Part shown: positions 1 through 11,582 of the stretch, in pieces | Layout of the letters: every line of letters begins with the position of its first letter | How positions within the stretch are numbered: position 1 is the first letter of the stretch | Assembly: GCA_040954595.2 (NCBI GenBank) | Contig: CM082582.2 | Coordinates: forward strand, 558,001-622,000 | Direction of reading: 5' to 3' | Length of the DNA: 64,000 bases | Source of the DNA: Balanoglossus misakiensis | Taxonomy: Eukaryota > Animalia > Hemichordata | Made by a program: the position numbers and the translations under genes | Notes under the pieces: generated by a model | What the model was told of the DNA's origin: nothing | Seen by the model: the letters and a program-made list of their open reading frames with translations, nothing else | Databases searched by the model: none

Positions 1-892
1 TGCATTTTTGGAGTGGTCGAAAGTTTTAACATACAATCAACATATCATATATGATCAGGGCACCAAATTCGAAGAACGAAGGTTTTTTTATTTTATTTTT
101 CTAAAAATGACATTTTCAAGGAAAATTTGGTAAAACGCAATTTTGTCTGCAGTGAGCCAAATTAGACGGTCTTTTGTGGAATTTGTATCGATATATATAT
201 ACGAAGAGCATTCTATACTCCATCAGATTTCCGAAAATGTAGAAAACAGGTATTTTTTGTAATTTTCAAAAATTTACTGTTTTGACCAAATTGTGGTTAA
301 AATTGTTATTTTCGTGTTGAATGCCGCCAGTGTCACTGCTTTTAAAAGTCATAAAAACTTTTAACATGCAAGCAATTGCTTATATATGATCAGGTCACCG
401 AATTAAAAAAATAAAGAATGTTTTGCCTAAAAATGACCTTTTTGGTGCAAAAACGAATAAAACGCAATTTTGTATTAAATCAGCTCATTCAGAGTGCATT
501 TTTTATAATCAGCACCATTTTTACATATATTGGAAATTTCATACATCATCAGATATCCAAATATGAAAAGATGATTTACATTTTAGATGATTGTCCAAAA
601 TTAGCTGATATCTGATAAATGTAGTATTTAACCGTTCTGTTCCCCCCCCCCCTACATTATATGCGGTACGCTGATGTCAGCTTACCCGGCAGTACTGCAG
701 GCCGTGCCCCCAACTAACGTCGGTGTTTGAAACGCCCTGGTTAAATTCGGGCTTTCTCTATAAATTGACAGGCAATAATGCAGTCCTACCGGAACAAATG
801 TCGAGTGTTGACCCGCTGTGACTTTCCCTGTTCGGTTTGCCCGACTTAGCCAACGTCTTTGTACTAGAGTGTCGGGTCTTTTGCAGAGCCAG

Positions 893-1725
893 GCCGAAGG
901 AAATCCGACTTGATCACCGTTGCTAACGAACGCTAGTGTCTGTCATGGTGTGCCGGGGTTTTAGTCGAGCCAGGCCGTAGGAGATCTGACTTGATCATCG
1001 TGGTCAATGTACGCGTGTTTCCGCTCTAAAGTGCCGGGGCTTCAGCTAAACCAGGCCGTAGGAAATCCGACGTAATCACCGTTGATAACTTACGCCAGTC
1101 TGTGTCATATAGAGCCGGTGCACCAGCCGAGTCACGCCGTAGGAAATCTGACTTGATCAACGTGGTCAATGTACGCCTGTTTCTGCTCTAGAGTGCCGGG
1201 GCTTCAGCTGAGCCAGGCCGTAGGAAACCCGACGTGATTACCGTTGTTAACTTACGCCAGTCTGTGTCCTATATATAGTGCCGGGGCATCAGCCGTGCCA
1301 GGCCGAAGGAAATGTGAGTAGATCAACGTGGTCTCTGTACGCGTGTTTCTGCTCTAGAGTGTCAGGGCTTTAGCAAAGCCATGCCGTAGGAAATCTGACT
1401 TGATCAACGTTGCTAACGAACGCTAGTGTCTGTCATAGTGTGCCGGGGTTTTAGTCGAGCCAAGTCGTAGGAGATCAGACTTGATCAACGTGGTCTCTGT
1501 ACGCGTGTTTCTGCTCTAGAGTGCCGGGGCTTTATCCAACCCATGCCGTTGAAAATCTGACTTGATCACCGTTGCTAACGTACGATAGTGTCTGTCATAT
1601 TGTGACGGAGATTTAGCCGAGCCAGGCCGTAGAAAAATCGACTTGTTCAACGTTACCAGTGTGCAACTGTTTCTGCTCTAAAGTCTCAGGGTTTTAGCCG
1701 ACTTATGCTGTAGGAAATCTGAGTT
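893..1725 (+). repeat. 81-bp monomer sub-array within the satellite unit (11 monomers, alternating A/B types = 162-bp dimer); present in every unit
   Basis: The GCCGTAGGAAATCTGACTTGATC anchor recurs at 893, 974, 1055, 1136, 1217, 1302, 1383, 1464, 1545, 1626 and 1707 (81-bp steps, one 85-bp step from an AT expansion). Type A carries gttgctaacgaacgctagtgtctgtc or gttgttaacttacgccagtctgtgtc; type B carries gtggtc..tgtacgc.tgtttctgctctagag. Confidence 0.93.
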
Positions 1726-1799
1726 GATGAACGGGAATTCAATGTTAGAAAACCCGTGTGGAAAGTATCTCTACCCGTTTGAAACTAAGAAAAGAATTA

Positions 1800-2680
1800 A
1801 TTCTTATTTATTTTGTAAAAAAGACAATTTTTCGAAAAAAAGTCGAAAATGGTAATTTTGTCTTGGGTGATTCAAATTATACCGCCTTTTCTGGAATTTG
1901 CAGCACTTTTTACAAGAGAACGACACTTCATGCTCCATAATATTTCCGAAAATGAAGAAAAGAGTTAATTTTTTATGATTTTTTAAAAATTTACCATTTT
2001 GGTCAAAATATGGCCAAAATGGCTATTTTTTCTTGAATTCCGTCAATATCTCTGCATTTTTGGAGTGGTCGAAAGTTTTAACATACAATCAACATGTCAT
2101 ATATGATCAGGGCACCACATTCGAAGATAAAAGGTTTTTTTATTTTTTTTTCTAAAAATGACATTTTCAAGGAAAATTTTGTAAAACGCAATTTTGTCTG
2201 CAGTGAGCCAAATTAGACGGTCTTTTGTGGAATTTGTATCGATATATACGTACGAAGAGCATTCTATACTCCATCAGATTTCCGAAAATGTAGAAAACAG
2301 GTATTTTTTGTAATTTTCAAAAATTTACCATTTTGACCAAATTGTGGCTAAAATTGTTATTTTCGTGTTGAATGCCGCCAGTGTCACTGCTTTTAAAAGT
2401 CATAAAAACTTTTAACATACAAGCAATTGTTTATATATGATCAGGTCACCGAATTAAAAAAATAAAGAATGTTTTGCCTAAAAATGACCTTTTTGGTGCA
2501 AAAACGAATAAAACGCAATTTTGCATTAAATCAGCTCATTCAGAGTGCATTTTTATAATCAGCACCATTTTTACATATAATGGAAATGTCATACATCATC
2601 AGATATCCAAATATGAAAAGATGATTTACATTTTAGATGATTGTCCAAAATTAGCTGATATCTGATAAATGTAGTATTTA
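1800..2680 (+). repeat. AT-rich block of the satellite unit built from diverged ~167-bp monomers arranged as a ~334-bp dimer
   Basis: ttttaacatacaa...atatgatcagg..caccaaatt recurs at 2076 and 2410 (334 bp), and tttccgaaaatg at 1943 and 2279. The related motif aaaaa(tg/tt)ac.tttt...aaaa...tttt starts at ~1817, 1985, 2154, 2319 and 2480. Confidence 0.75.
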
Positions 2681-5600
2681 ACCGTTCTGTCCCCCCCCCT
2701 ACATTATATGCGGTACGCTGATGTCAGCTTACCCGGCAGTACTGCAGGCCGTGCCCCCAACTAACGTCGGTGTTTGAAACGCCCTGGTTAAATTCGGGCT
2801 TTCTCTATAAATTGACAGGCAATAATGCAGTCCTACCGGAACAAATGTCGAGTGTTGACCCGCTGTGACTTTCCCTGTTCGGTTTGCCCGACTTAGCCAA
2901 CGTCTTTGTACTAGAGTGTCGGGTCTTTTACAGAGCCAGGCCGAAGGAAATCCGACTTGATCACCGTTGCTAACGAACGCTAGTGTCTGTCATGGTGTGC
3001 CGGGGTTTTAGTCGAACCAGGCCGTAGGAGATCTGACTTGATCATCGTGGTCAATGTACGCGTGTTTCCGCTCTAAAGTGCCGGGGCTTCAGCTAAACCA
3101 GGCCGTAGGAAATCCGACGTAATCACCGTTGATAACTTACGCCAGTCTGTGTCATATAGAGCCGGTGCACCAGCCGAGTCACGCCGTAGGAAATCTGACT
3201 TGATCAACGTGGTCAATGTACGCCTGTTTCTGCTCTAGAGTGCCGGGGCTTCAGCTGAGCCAGGCCGTAGGAAACCCGACGTGATTACCGTTGTTAACTT
3301 ACGCCAGTCTGTGTCCTATATATAGTGCCGGGGCATCAGCCGTGCCAGGCCGAAGGAAATGTGAGTTGATCAACGTGGTCTCTGTACGCGTGTTTCTGCT
3401 CTAGAGTGTCAGGGCTTTAGCAAAGCCATGCCGTAGGAAATCTGACTTGATCAACGTTGCTAACGAACGCTAGTGTCTGTCATTGTGTGCCGGGGTTTTA
3501 GTCGAGCCAAGCCGTAGGAGATCAGACTTGATCAACGTGGTCTCTGTACGCGTGTTTCTGCTCTAGAGTGCCGGGGCTTTATCCAACCCATGCCGTTGAA
3601 AATCTGACTTGATCACCGTTGCTAACGTACGATAGTGTCTGTCATATTGTGACGGAGATTTAGCCGAGCCAGGCCGTAGAAAAATCGACTTGTTCAACGT
3701 TACCAGTGTGCAACTGTTTCTGCTCTAAAGTCTCAGGGTTTTAGCCGACTAATGCTGTAGGAAATCTGAGTTGATGAACGGGAATTCAATGTTAGAAAAC
3801 CCGTGTGGAAAGTATCTCTACCCGTTTGAATCTAAGAAAAGAATTAATTCTTATTTATTTTGTAAAAAAGACAATTTTTCGAAAAAAAGTCGAAAATGGT
3901 AATTTTGTCTTGGGTGATTCAAATTATACCGCCTTTTCTGGAATTTGCAGCACTTTTTACAAGAGAACGACACTTCATGCTCCATAATATTTCCGAAAAT
4001 GAAGAAAAGAGTTAATTTTTTATGATTTTTTAAAAATTTACCATTTTTGTCAAAATATGGCCAAAATGGCTATTTTTTCTTGAATTCCGTCAATATCTCT
4101 GCATTTTTGGAGTGGTCGAAAGTTTTAACATACAATCAACATGTCATATATGATCAGGGCACCAAATTCGAAGATAAAAGGTTTTTTTATTTTTTTTTCT
4201 AAAAATGACATTTTCAAGGAAAATTTTGTAAAACGCAATTTTGTCTGCAGTGAGCCAAATTAGACGGTCTTTTGTGGAATTTGTATCGATATATACGTAC
4301 GAAGAGCATTCTATACTCCATCAGATTTCCGAAAATGTAGAAAACAGGTATTTTTTGTAATTTTCAAAAATTTACCATTTTGACCAAATTGTGGCTAAAA
4401 TTGTTATTTTCGTGTTGAATGCCGCCAGTGTCACTGCTTTTAAAAGTCATAAAAATTTTTAACATACAAGCAATTGTTTATATATGATCAGGTCACCGAA
4501 TTAAAAAAATAAAGAATGTTTTGCCTAAAAATGACCTTTTTGGTGCAAAAACGAATAAAACGCAATTTTGCATTAAATCAGCTCATTCAGAGTGCATTTT
4601 TATAATCAGCACCATTTTTACATATAATGGAAATGTCATACATCATCAGATATCCAAATATGAAAAGATGATTTACATTTTAGATGATTGTCCAAAATTA
4701 GCTGATATCTGATAAATGTAGTATTTAACCGTTCTGTCCCCCCCCCCCCCCTACATTATATGCGGTACGCTGATGTCAGCTTACCCGGCAGTACTGCAGG
4801 CCGTGCCCCCAACTAACGTCGGTGTTTGAAACGCCCTGGTTAAATTCGGGCTTTCTCTATAAATTGACAAGCAATAATGCAGTCCTACCGGAACAAATGT
4901 CGAGTGTTGACCCGCTGTGACTTTCCCTGTTCGGTTTGCCCGACTTAGCCAACGTCTTTGTACTAGAGTGTCGGGTCTTTTACAGAGCCAGGCCGAAGGA
5001 AATCCGACTTGATCACCGTTGCTAACGAACGCTAGTGTCTGTCATGGTGTGCCGGGGTTTTAGTCGAGCCAGGCCGTAGGAGATCTGACTTGATCATCGT
5101 GGTCAATGTACGCGTGTTTCCGCTCTAAAGTGCCGGGGCTTCAGCTAAACCAGGCCGTAGGAAATCCGACGTAATCACCGTTGATAACTTACGCCAGTCT
5201 GTGTCATATAGAGCCGGTGCACCAGCCGAGTCACGCCGTAGGAAATCTGACTTGATCAACGTGGTCAATGTACGCCTGTTTCTGCTCTAGAGTGCCGGGG
5301 CTTCAGCTGAGCCAGGCCGTAGGAAACCCGACGTGATTACCGTTGTTAACTTACGCCAGTCTGTGTCCTATATATAGTGCCGGGGCATCAGCCGTGCCAG
5401 GCCGAAGGAAATGTGAGTAGATCAACGTGGTCTCTGTACGCGTGTTTCTGCTCTAGAGTGTCAGGGCTTTAGCAAAGCCATGCCGTAGGAAATCTGACTT
5501 GATCAACGTTGCTAACGAACGCTAGTGTCTGTCATAGTGTGCCGGGGTTTTAGTCGAGCCAAGCCGTAGGAGATCAGACTTGATCAACGTGGTCTCTGTA

Positions 5601-7121
5601 CGCGTGTTTCTGCTCTAGAGTGCCGGGGCTTTATCCAACCCATGCCGTTGAAAATCTGACTTGATCACCGTTGCTAACGTAGGATAGTGTCTGTCATATT
5701 GTGACGGAGATTTAGCCGAGCCAGGCCGTAGAAAAATCGACTTGTTCAACGTTACCAGTGTGCAACTGTTTCTGCTCTAAAGTCTCAGGGTTTTAGCCGA
5801 CTTATGCTGTAGGAAATCTGAGTTGATGAACGGGAATTCAATGTTAGAAAACCCGTGTGGAAAGTATCTCTACCCGTTTGAAACTAAGAAAAGAATTAAT
5901 TCTTATTTATTTTGTAAAAAAGACAATTTTTCGAAAAAAAGTCGAAAATGGTAATTTTGTCTTGGGTGATTCAAATTATACCGCCTTTTCTGGAATTTGC
6001 AGCACTTTTTACAAGAGAACGACACTTCATGCTCCATAATATTTCCGAAAATGAAGAAAAGAGTTAATTTTTTATGATTTTTTAAAAATTTACCATTTTT
6101 GTCAAAATATGGCCAAAATGGCTATTTTTTCTTGAATTCCGTCAATATCTCTGCATTTTTGGAAAGTTTTAACATACAATCAACATGTCATATATGATCA
6201 GGGCACCAAATTCGAAGATAAAAGGTTTTTTTATTTTTTTTTTCTAAAAATGACATTTTCAAGGAAAATTTTGTAAAACGCAATTTTGTCTGCAGTGAGC
6301 CAAATTAGACGGTCTTTTGTGGAATTTGTATCGATATATACATACGAAGAGCATTCTATACTCCATCAGATTTCCGAAAATGTAGAAAACAGGTATTTTT
6401 TGTAATTTTCAAAAATTTACCATTTTGACCAAATTGTGGCTAAAATTGTTATTTTCGTGTTGAATGCCGCCAGTGTCACTGCTTTTAAAAGTCATAAAAA
6501 CTTTTAACATACAAGCAATTGTTTATATATGATCAGGTCACCGAATTAAAAAAATAAAGAATGTTTTGCCTAAAAATGACCTTTTTGGTGCAAAAACGAA
6601 TAAAACGCAATTTTGCATGAAATCAGCTCATTCAGAGTGCATTTTTATAATCAGCACCATTTTTACATATAATGGAAATGTCATACATCATCAGATATCC
6701 AAATATGAAAAGATGATTTACATTTTAGATGATTGTCCAAAATTAGCTGATATCTGATAAATGTAGTATTTAACCGTTCTGTTCCCCCCCCCCTACATTA
6801 TATGCGGTACGCTGATGTCAGCTTACCCGGCAGTACTGCAGGCCGTGCCCCCAACTAACGTCGGTGTTTGAAACGCCCTGGTTAAATTTGGGCTTTCTCT
6901 ATAAATTGACAGGCAATAATGCAGTCCTACCGGAACAAATGTCGAGTGTTGACCCGCTGTGACTTTTTTTTTTTTTTTTTTTTTAATACTTTTTATTGGG
7001 AACACAAACAGTCATTTTGATACATAAGTAGATTTAAAAAAAAAAAAAAAAAATTGACAATTATTTTTTGGAAGCATAACTTAATGGAAAGAAGAGAAAA
7101 AAAAAAAACAATCTGGTATTC

Positions 7122-10100
7122 TCAGTTTTTTATATACCTCATAAGTGATGACCATTTTTTAAGATGAAAATACATTTTATGATTTGCAGTTGCAATCTTA
7201 AGTTCAATTTCATGTATGTTTTTGAGCTGAACAATAAACCCAGTGATATTCGGAATTCGATTATTTAATTTACAGTAGTAAATGTACATTCTAACTTGCA
7301 TTGCTATAAAATTGACTATAAAAGTCTCGTTTGGGTCACCCAAAACCATACATAACACTGATGGTGGTTTTTTCAATTTAAGAGGGATACCCAACGTAAA
7401 CAGTAGGTCCCTCCAGAGAGCAGTAGTACAATTGCAACTATGAAATAAATGGTCGATGGACTCTGTTTCCACTTTACATAAATCACAAAGAGCAGTTGGA
7501 AATTTCTGTGGATTGTACCTGTTTAGCTGTTTGTTTGTATACAAAATATTGTGAAGTAATTTAAATTGAAAAGCTCTAGCCTTACAATGTATTGATAACT
7601 TGTAAGTGAAGTCATACATTTTTTCCCAGTTTAGATTAAATATATTCAACATTTTTTCCAGTGTTGCTTGACTTTTTGGAGTCTCTATAATACGGTCGTT
7701 CAAATTACATTTCAAACTCTTTTTCGTTAAAGTGTCTAAATTACAGATTGTGCCATTCAATGAAATACAAAGCTTATGTACACTATGTGCTTTGGTACAA
7801 TTTTTTAACTTGTTTGGAACAGAAAGTGTCAATCCTAACCACTTCAATTTCTGATTTAAATTCAGGCCTTTCTGCTCAAATACAGACCATGATACTCTAT
7901 TAAAACCTGTAAACATGTCAGGGATGAAATTAAAGCCAGCGTCAGAAAAAGCCTTATAAAATACCGACTTTCCTCCAACGAGGACGTTTCTGTTGTTCCA
8001 AATCACCTGGTCTGTAGTATTTGGAATTATGTTGATTTCTGACCATGTGACAAGACAATTATTTATAAAACTGGAAACTTGGACAGGCAAAAGATTGGTG
8101 CGGAAGTTACATTTAAAAAGTAATTTTCCACCGACTTTCTCTAAACTGTGTAAGACAATGTGTTTCCAAGGGTGTTTACATTCCTCATTCAACAGGCGTT
8201 TAATCAGTAATACTTGCTTTGTTTTTATCATCACATCTAAATTGGGCATTTTTAAGCCTCCTTGGCCCACCTCCCCTATCATTACATTCCTGCGAACCCG
8301 GTCTTGTCCATTCCAGAGAAAATTATAAATTAACTTATGAACCCGACCTATTACTTCATTAGGAAAAATTACATGTGTAAGCACATATGTTAATTTGGAA
8401 ATTGCCAATGACTTAATAACTTGAACTTTCCCAATGATGGTCAAATTCCTAGTTTTCCACATATTGAGGACCTTTTTTAGATTTTCGACTGGGGTAACAA
8501 TATTTTTTTCCTTGGCAATTTTTTCATTATAAGAAAAATGAATCCCCACAATCTTGATAGTAGGGGTGGGCCACTTTACCCCGAACGCCTCATCTTTTCG
8601 AAGTCTCCATTTCCCAAGCCAAACAGCTTCTGTCTTATCTTTGTTGACTTTCAAACCAGAAGCATTATAAAAGGAAGTTAACATTTCAAAAACAATTCTT
8701 ACAGAGTTTTCATTTGATAAAAAACAGGTCATATCGTCGGCGAACGCCGACTCCTTAATTTCAACACTGCCAATATTGATACCACTAATTTGCCGGTTAT
8801 TTCTTATTGAATGCAAGAGTGTTTCTAAAACCAGAATAAATAACATAGGTGACAAAGGGTCGCCTTGGCGCACTCCCTTCTCAAGCTTAAAATAGCCAGT
8901 CCCAAACCCATTGTTCATTACAGTGCTTTCAATGTTAAAATATAAGGCTTTAACCCAGTTGATGAAGGACACTCCAAAATTAAAGGATGACAATGAATGG
9001 TAGAGATAATCCCAACTTACAGTGTCAAAAGCTTTTTCGAAATCTATGGCTAATAAAATTGCTGGAATATCAGCATTACAGGTGTGATGAAAAATCTCAT
9101 CTATCAAACGGATATAATCACCAATGTTTCTCCCCCGGACAAAGGCCGCTTGGGAGTCACCAATTAAGCAGGGCAAAACTTTCTCAATACGTTTAACAAG
9201 GCATTTTGAAGCAAGCTTCATGTCAACATTCATAAGGGAGATTGGTCTCCAATTTTTCAGATAGAGTTGATCCTTCCCAGGTTTATCAATCAGAGTTATG
9301 ACACTCTGTTTCTGTGAATTTGAAAATTCCCCCGTTCTGTAACCATAATTGAGAGAATTCAAAACTAAATTCCCCACCTGTGGCCAAAACGCCACGTAAA
9401 ATTCTTTTGTAAGGCCATCATTGCCGGGGCTTTTGTTGTCTGGAAGGGAGAGAAGAACAGAGAAAACTTCCCCAGGGTCAAAGGACCCTCACACAAAACT
9501 TTATCATTCTCTGACAACATTGGTAAATTTGCATCCAGGAAATAATGCACATCGTTGGAGTTTGTGGCGCACCTTGAGTAAAGCTTGGCATAAAACTGCT
9601 TAATTTCACACAAAATATTCTTTGGGTTGTCTATAATTGTATACTCATCTTTCTTCAAATTGCTGATACTCGAGTTGCGTTTATTTACCTTTTCCAAACC
9701 TAAAAAGAACTTGTTACATTTTTCACCTTTCTCGTACCAATTAATCCTGGATCTTACGACCGCTCCTTCTGTAATATAATCATACACTTTCTCCAAATCA
9801 CTCTTTGCTGACTCGAGCATCTCGTAATTTTGCACTGTAGGATGATTAGAACAAAGACCCTCAAGAAAATTCACCGACAGTTCAAGATTCTGTAAATTCT
9901 GTCTACGTTTTTTCGCCACTGTTTTGCTGTAGTCAATCACAAAACCTCTAATCTTAAATTTTATGAAGTCCCAACGAACCCCATCATTTAACCTAGTGGA
10001 TTCACTAATCCACTCGTCAATATTATCGTGCAGAATGGTTTTGAAAGTACTGTCGTAAATTAAACTAGAATTAAACTTCCAGTAGCCAGGACCCCGCTCG

Positions 10101-10834
10101 TTTTGGCAAGATGTATACACCAAAGAGACAGCTGAATGGTCGGAATCCACTCCAGGAATAATCTGAACGCTACTGATTTGTTGCTGTAAATCGCTAGAAA
10201 TGAAAAAATAATCAAGTCTACTCTGAGTGATATAAGGCCTGCGCCTTCTCCAGGTAAAACCTCTCTTTTCTTCATGACGCACCCTCCATATATCAATCAA
10301 ATTGAAGACGTCAGATATCCTATCTAAAAGAGCAATGGACTTTCCCCATGGTTTAGGATTGCCTCCTGAGCGATCAAGGGCAATATTATAGGTGAAATTT
10401 AAATCCCCTCCTAAAATGACAATTGTGTTGGGATCGGTTACATATTTGACCAGCAAAAAATACATTTCTTCTAGAAAAATTACATGCTCTTTCTCTATAT
10501 TGGGTGCATATACATTAAGTAGTATACAAGGCGTATTGTCTAAATTTACATCAATAAGAATAAATCTACCCATATCGTCAGTTACAGAATTGTTAACTAT
10601 AATATTTGGGTTATTGATAATTGTTATTACACCTCTACTATTGTTTGTTCCATGCGAAAACCAACAGCGACCATTAAATTGAGTTGACCAAAAGTGAACA
10701 TCGTCTTTTACACTGTGGGTTTCTTGTAAGAAAGTAAATGTGGGGTTCTTACTATTTAACCAACATCCAAGTTTTTTCCTTTTTTTGAAACTACGGAGCC
10801 CTCTTGTATTAAACGTCAAAACTGAAAAATCCAT
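7122..10834 (-). pseudogene. ORF2 (APE endonuclease-reverse transcriptase-zinc finger), split by a 1-bp frameshift near 9475
   Basis: ORFs 9365..10834 (APE: FNTRGL, FLQETH, GGDLN, SRLDYF, SDH) and 7122..9395 (RT: WRPISL, DFEKAFD, GVRQGDPLSP, FADD; CxxC..H..C) join in the right copy. Here the sequence reads gaCCCtgggg versus gaCCCCtgggg in the right copy. Confidence 0.9.
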
Positions 10835-11295
10835 TTCAAATTGTCATGAAATGTGTTGTGTCGACTGCTTCCAAAAACATTTCTGAAAATTGACTGATGT
10901 GTCCCGCTTTGAAATAAACCCATCAAGAAACAACAAACAAACAAGACAAACACACCCTAAGGGCCGACAGAGGCGAGAGAAAAAAACCCAAAGGGCCAAA
11001 AAAAAGAGAAGACTGAGAAGAGACGAAACTCCCTTCCCCGGAGGAAAAAAACAAACAGGGAAAGGGGGCAAGACGAAAAGGAGAAGAAATACAAAAAGAA
11101 CAAAAAAGAAAGGCAAGAAAAATAAAACCTACTCTGCTCGAGTGCCACACCTTCTCTGTGTCGGAGGTGTATTGAGATCTTTAAAATCAATTGCCGACAA
11201 CGTTACCGTTATTCTATGAATACTGTGTTTGGTAATTCAAAGTCGTACGCTACTATCCAGTTTACATTTACAATTTTCATTTACATTTACAAATG

Positions 11296-11582
11296 TCATT
11301 TTTCTGGAATGTCATTTACCGTGAGTTCCTTTTTGACACCATTAGCGTACTTGATTACGAGTGTTGCCGGCACTTTCCAAGCTATGTAGCAGCTTTTCGT
11401 CGACGCTTCTCTCTTTATCTTGCTTGCATACTGTAGTAGCCTCTTCCGTTCCGCGTATACTTTCTTGCTTACATCGTCAGACACATAAATCTGGTTTCCT
11501 TTCAACTTGTTTCCTTTCAGGCATCCAGGGGCCGCAAATAAAATCTGTCTGGCTTCGTTGGCGTTACCGAAGACCACCATAA
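11296..11582 (-). pseudogene. C-terminal fragment of L1-type ORF1 protein (5'-truncated)
   Basis: VVF..ANEARQILFAA...LKGNQIYVSDDVSKKVYAERKRL resembles the L1 ORF1p C-terminal pattern (IVKF..K..IL..A..LKG..I.I.ED.S....RK.L). It begins right at the TSD. Confidence 0.75.

Larger units (their letters stand above)
6964..11582 (-). mobile_element. L1/Tx1-clade non-LTR retrotransposon, 5'-truncated, left copy
   Basis: A poly(T) run (poly-A tail on the minus strand) starts at 6964. A 14-bp TSD, tgacccgctgtgac, lies at 6950-6963 and 11583-11596. The element encodes an ORF1 C-terminal fragment and an APE-RT-zf ORF2. Confidence 0.95.

Noticed and set aside
1335-1360. Satellite TGTTTC motif as a parS-like site for the neighbouring ParB-like protein
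   Set aside because: Only a 6-bp half-site matches, not the 16-bp parS palindrome; proximity alone does not support a functional link.
893-1725. CRISPR-like appearance of regularly spaced conserved motifs
   Set aside because: The intervening sequences are homologous to each other (A/B monomers) rather than unique spacers, there are no cas genes, and the context is eukaryotic.
893-1725. Resemblance of monomer pieces (CCTACGGCC, GATCACCG, GCTGTAGG) to 5S rRNA
   Set aside because: The matches are short, on inconsistent strands and not colinear over 120 nt; there is no box C or terminator arrangement.
10844-11219. Lys/Arg-rich and Phe/Leu-rich ORFs (also 21508-21883)
   Set aside because: These are translations of the low-complexity pyrimidine/purine-skewed inter-ORF tract.
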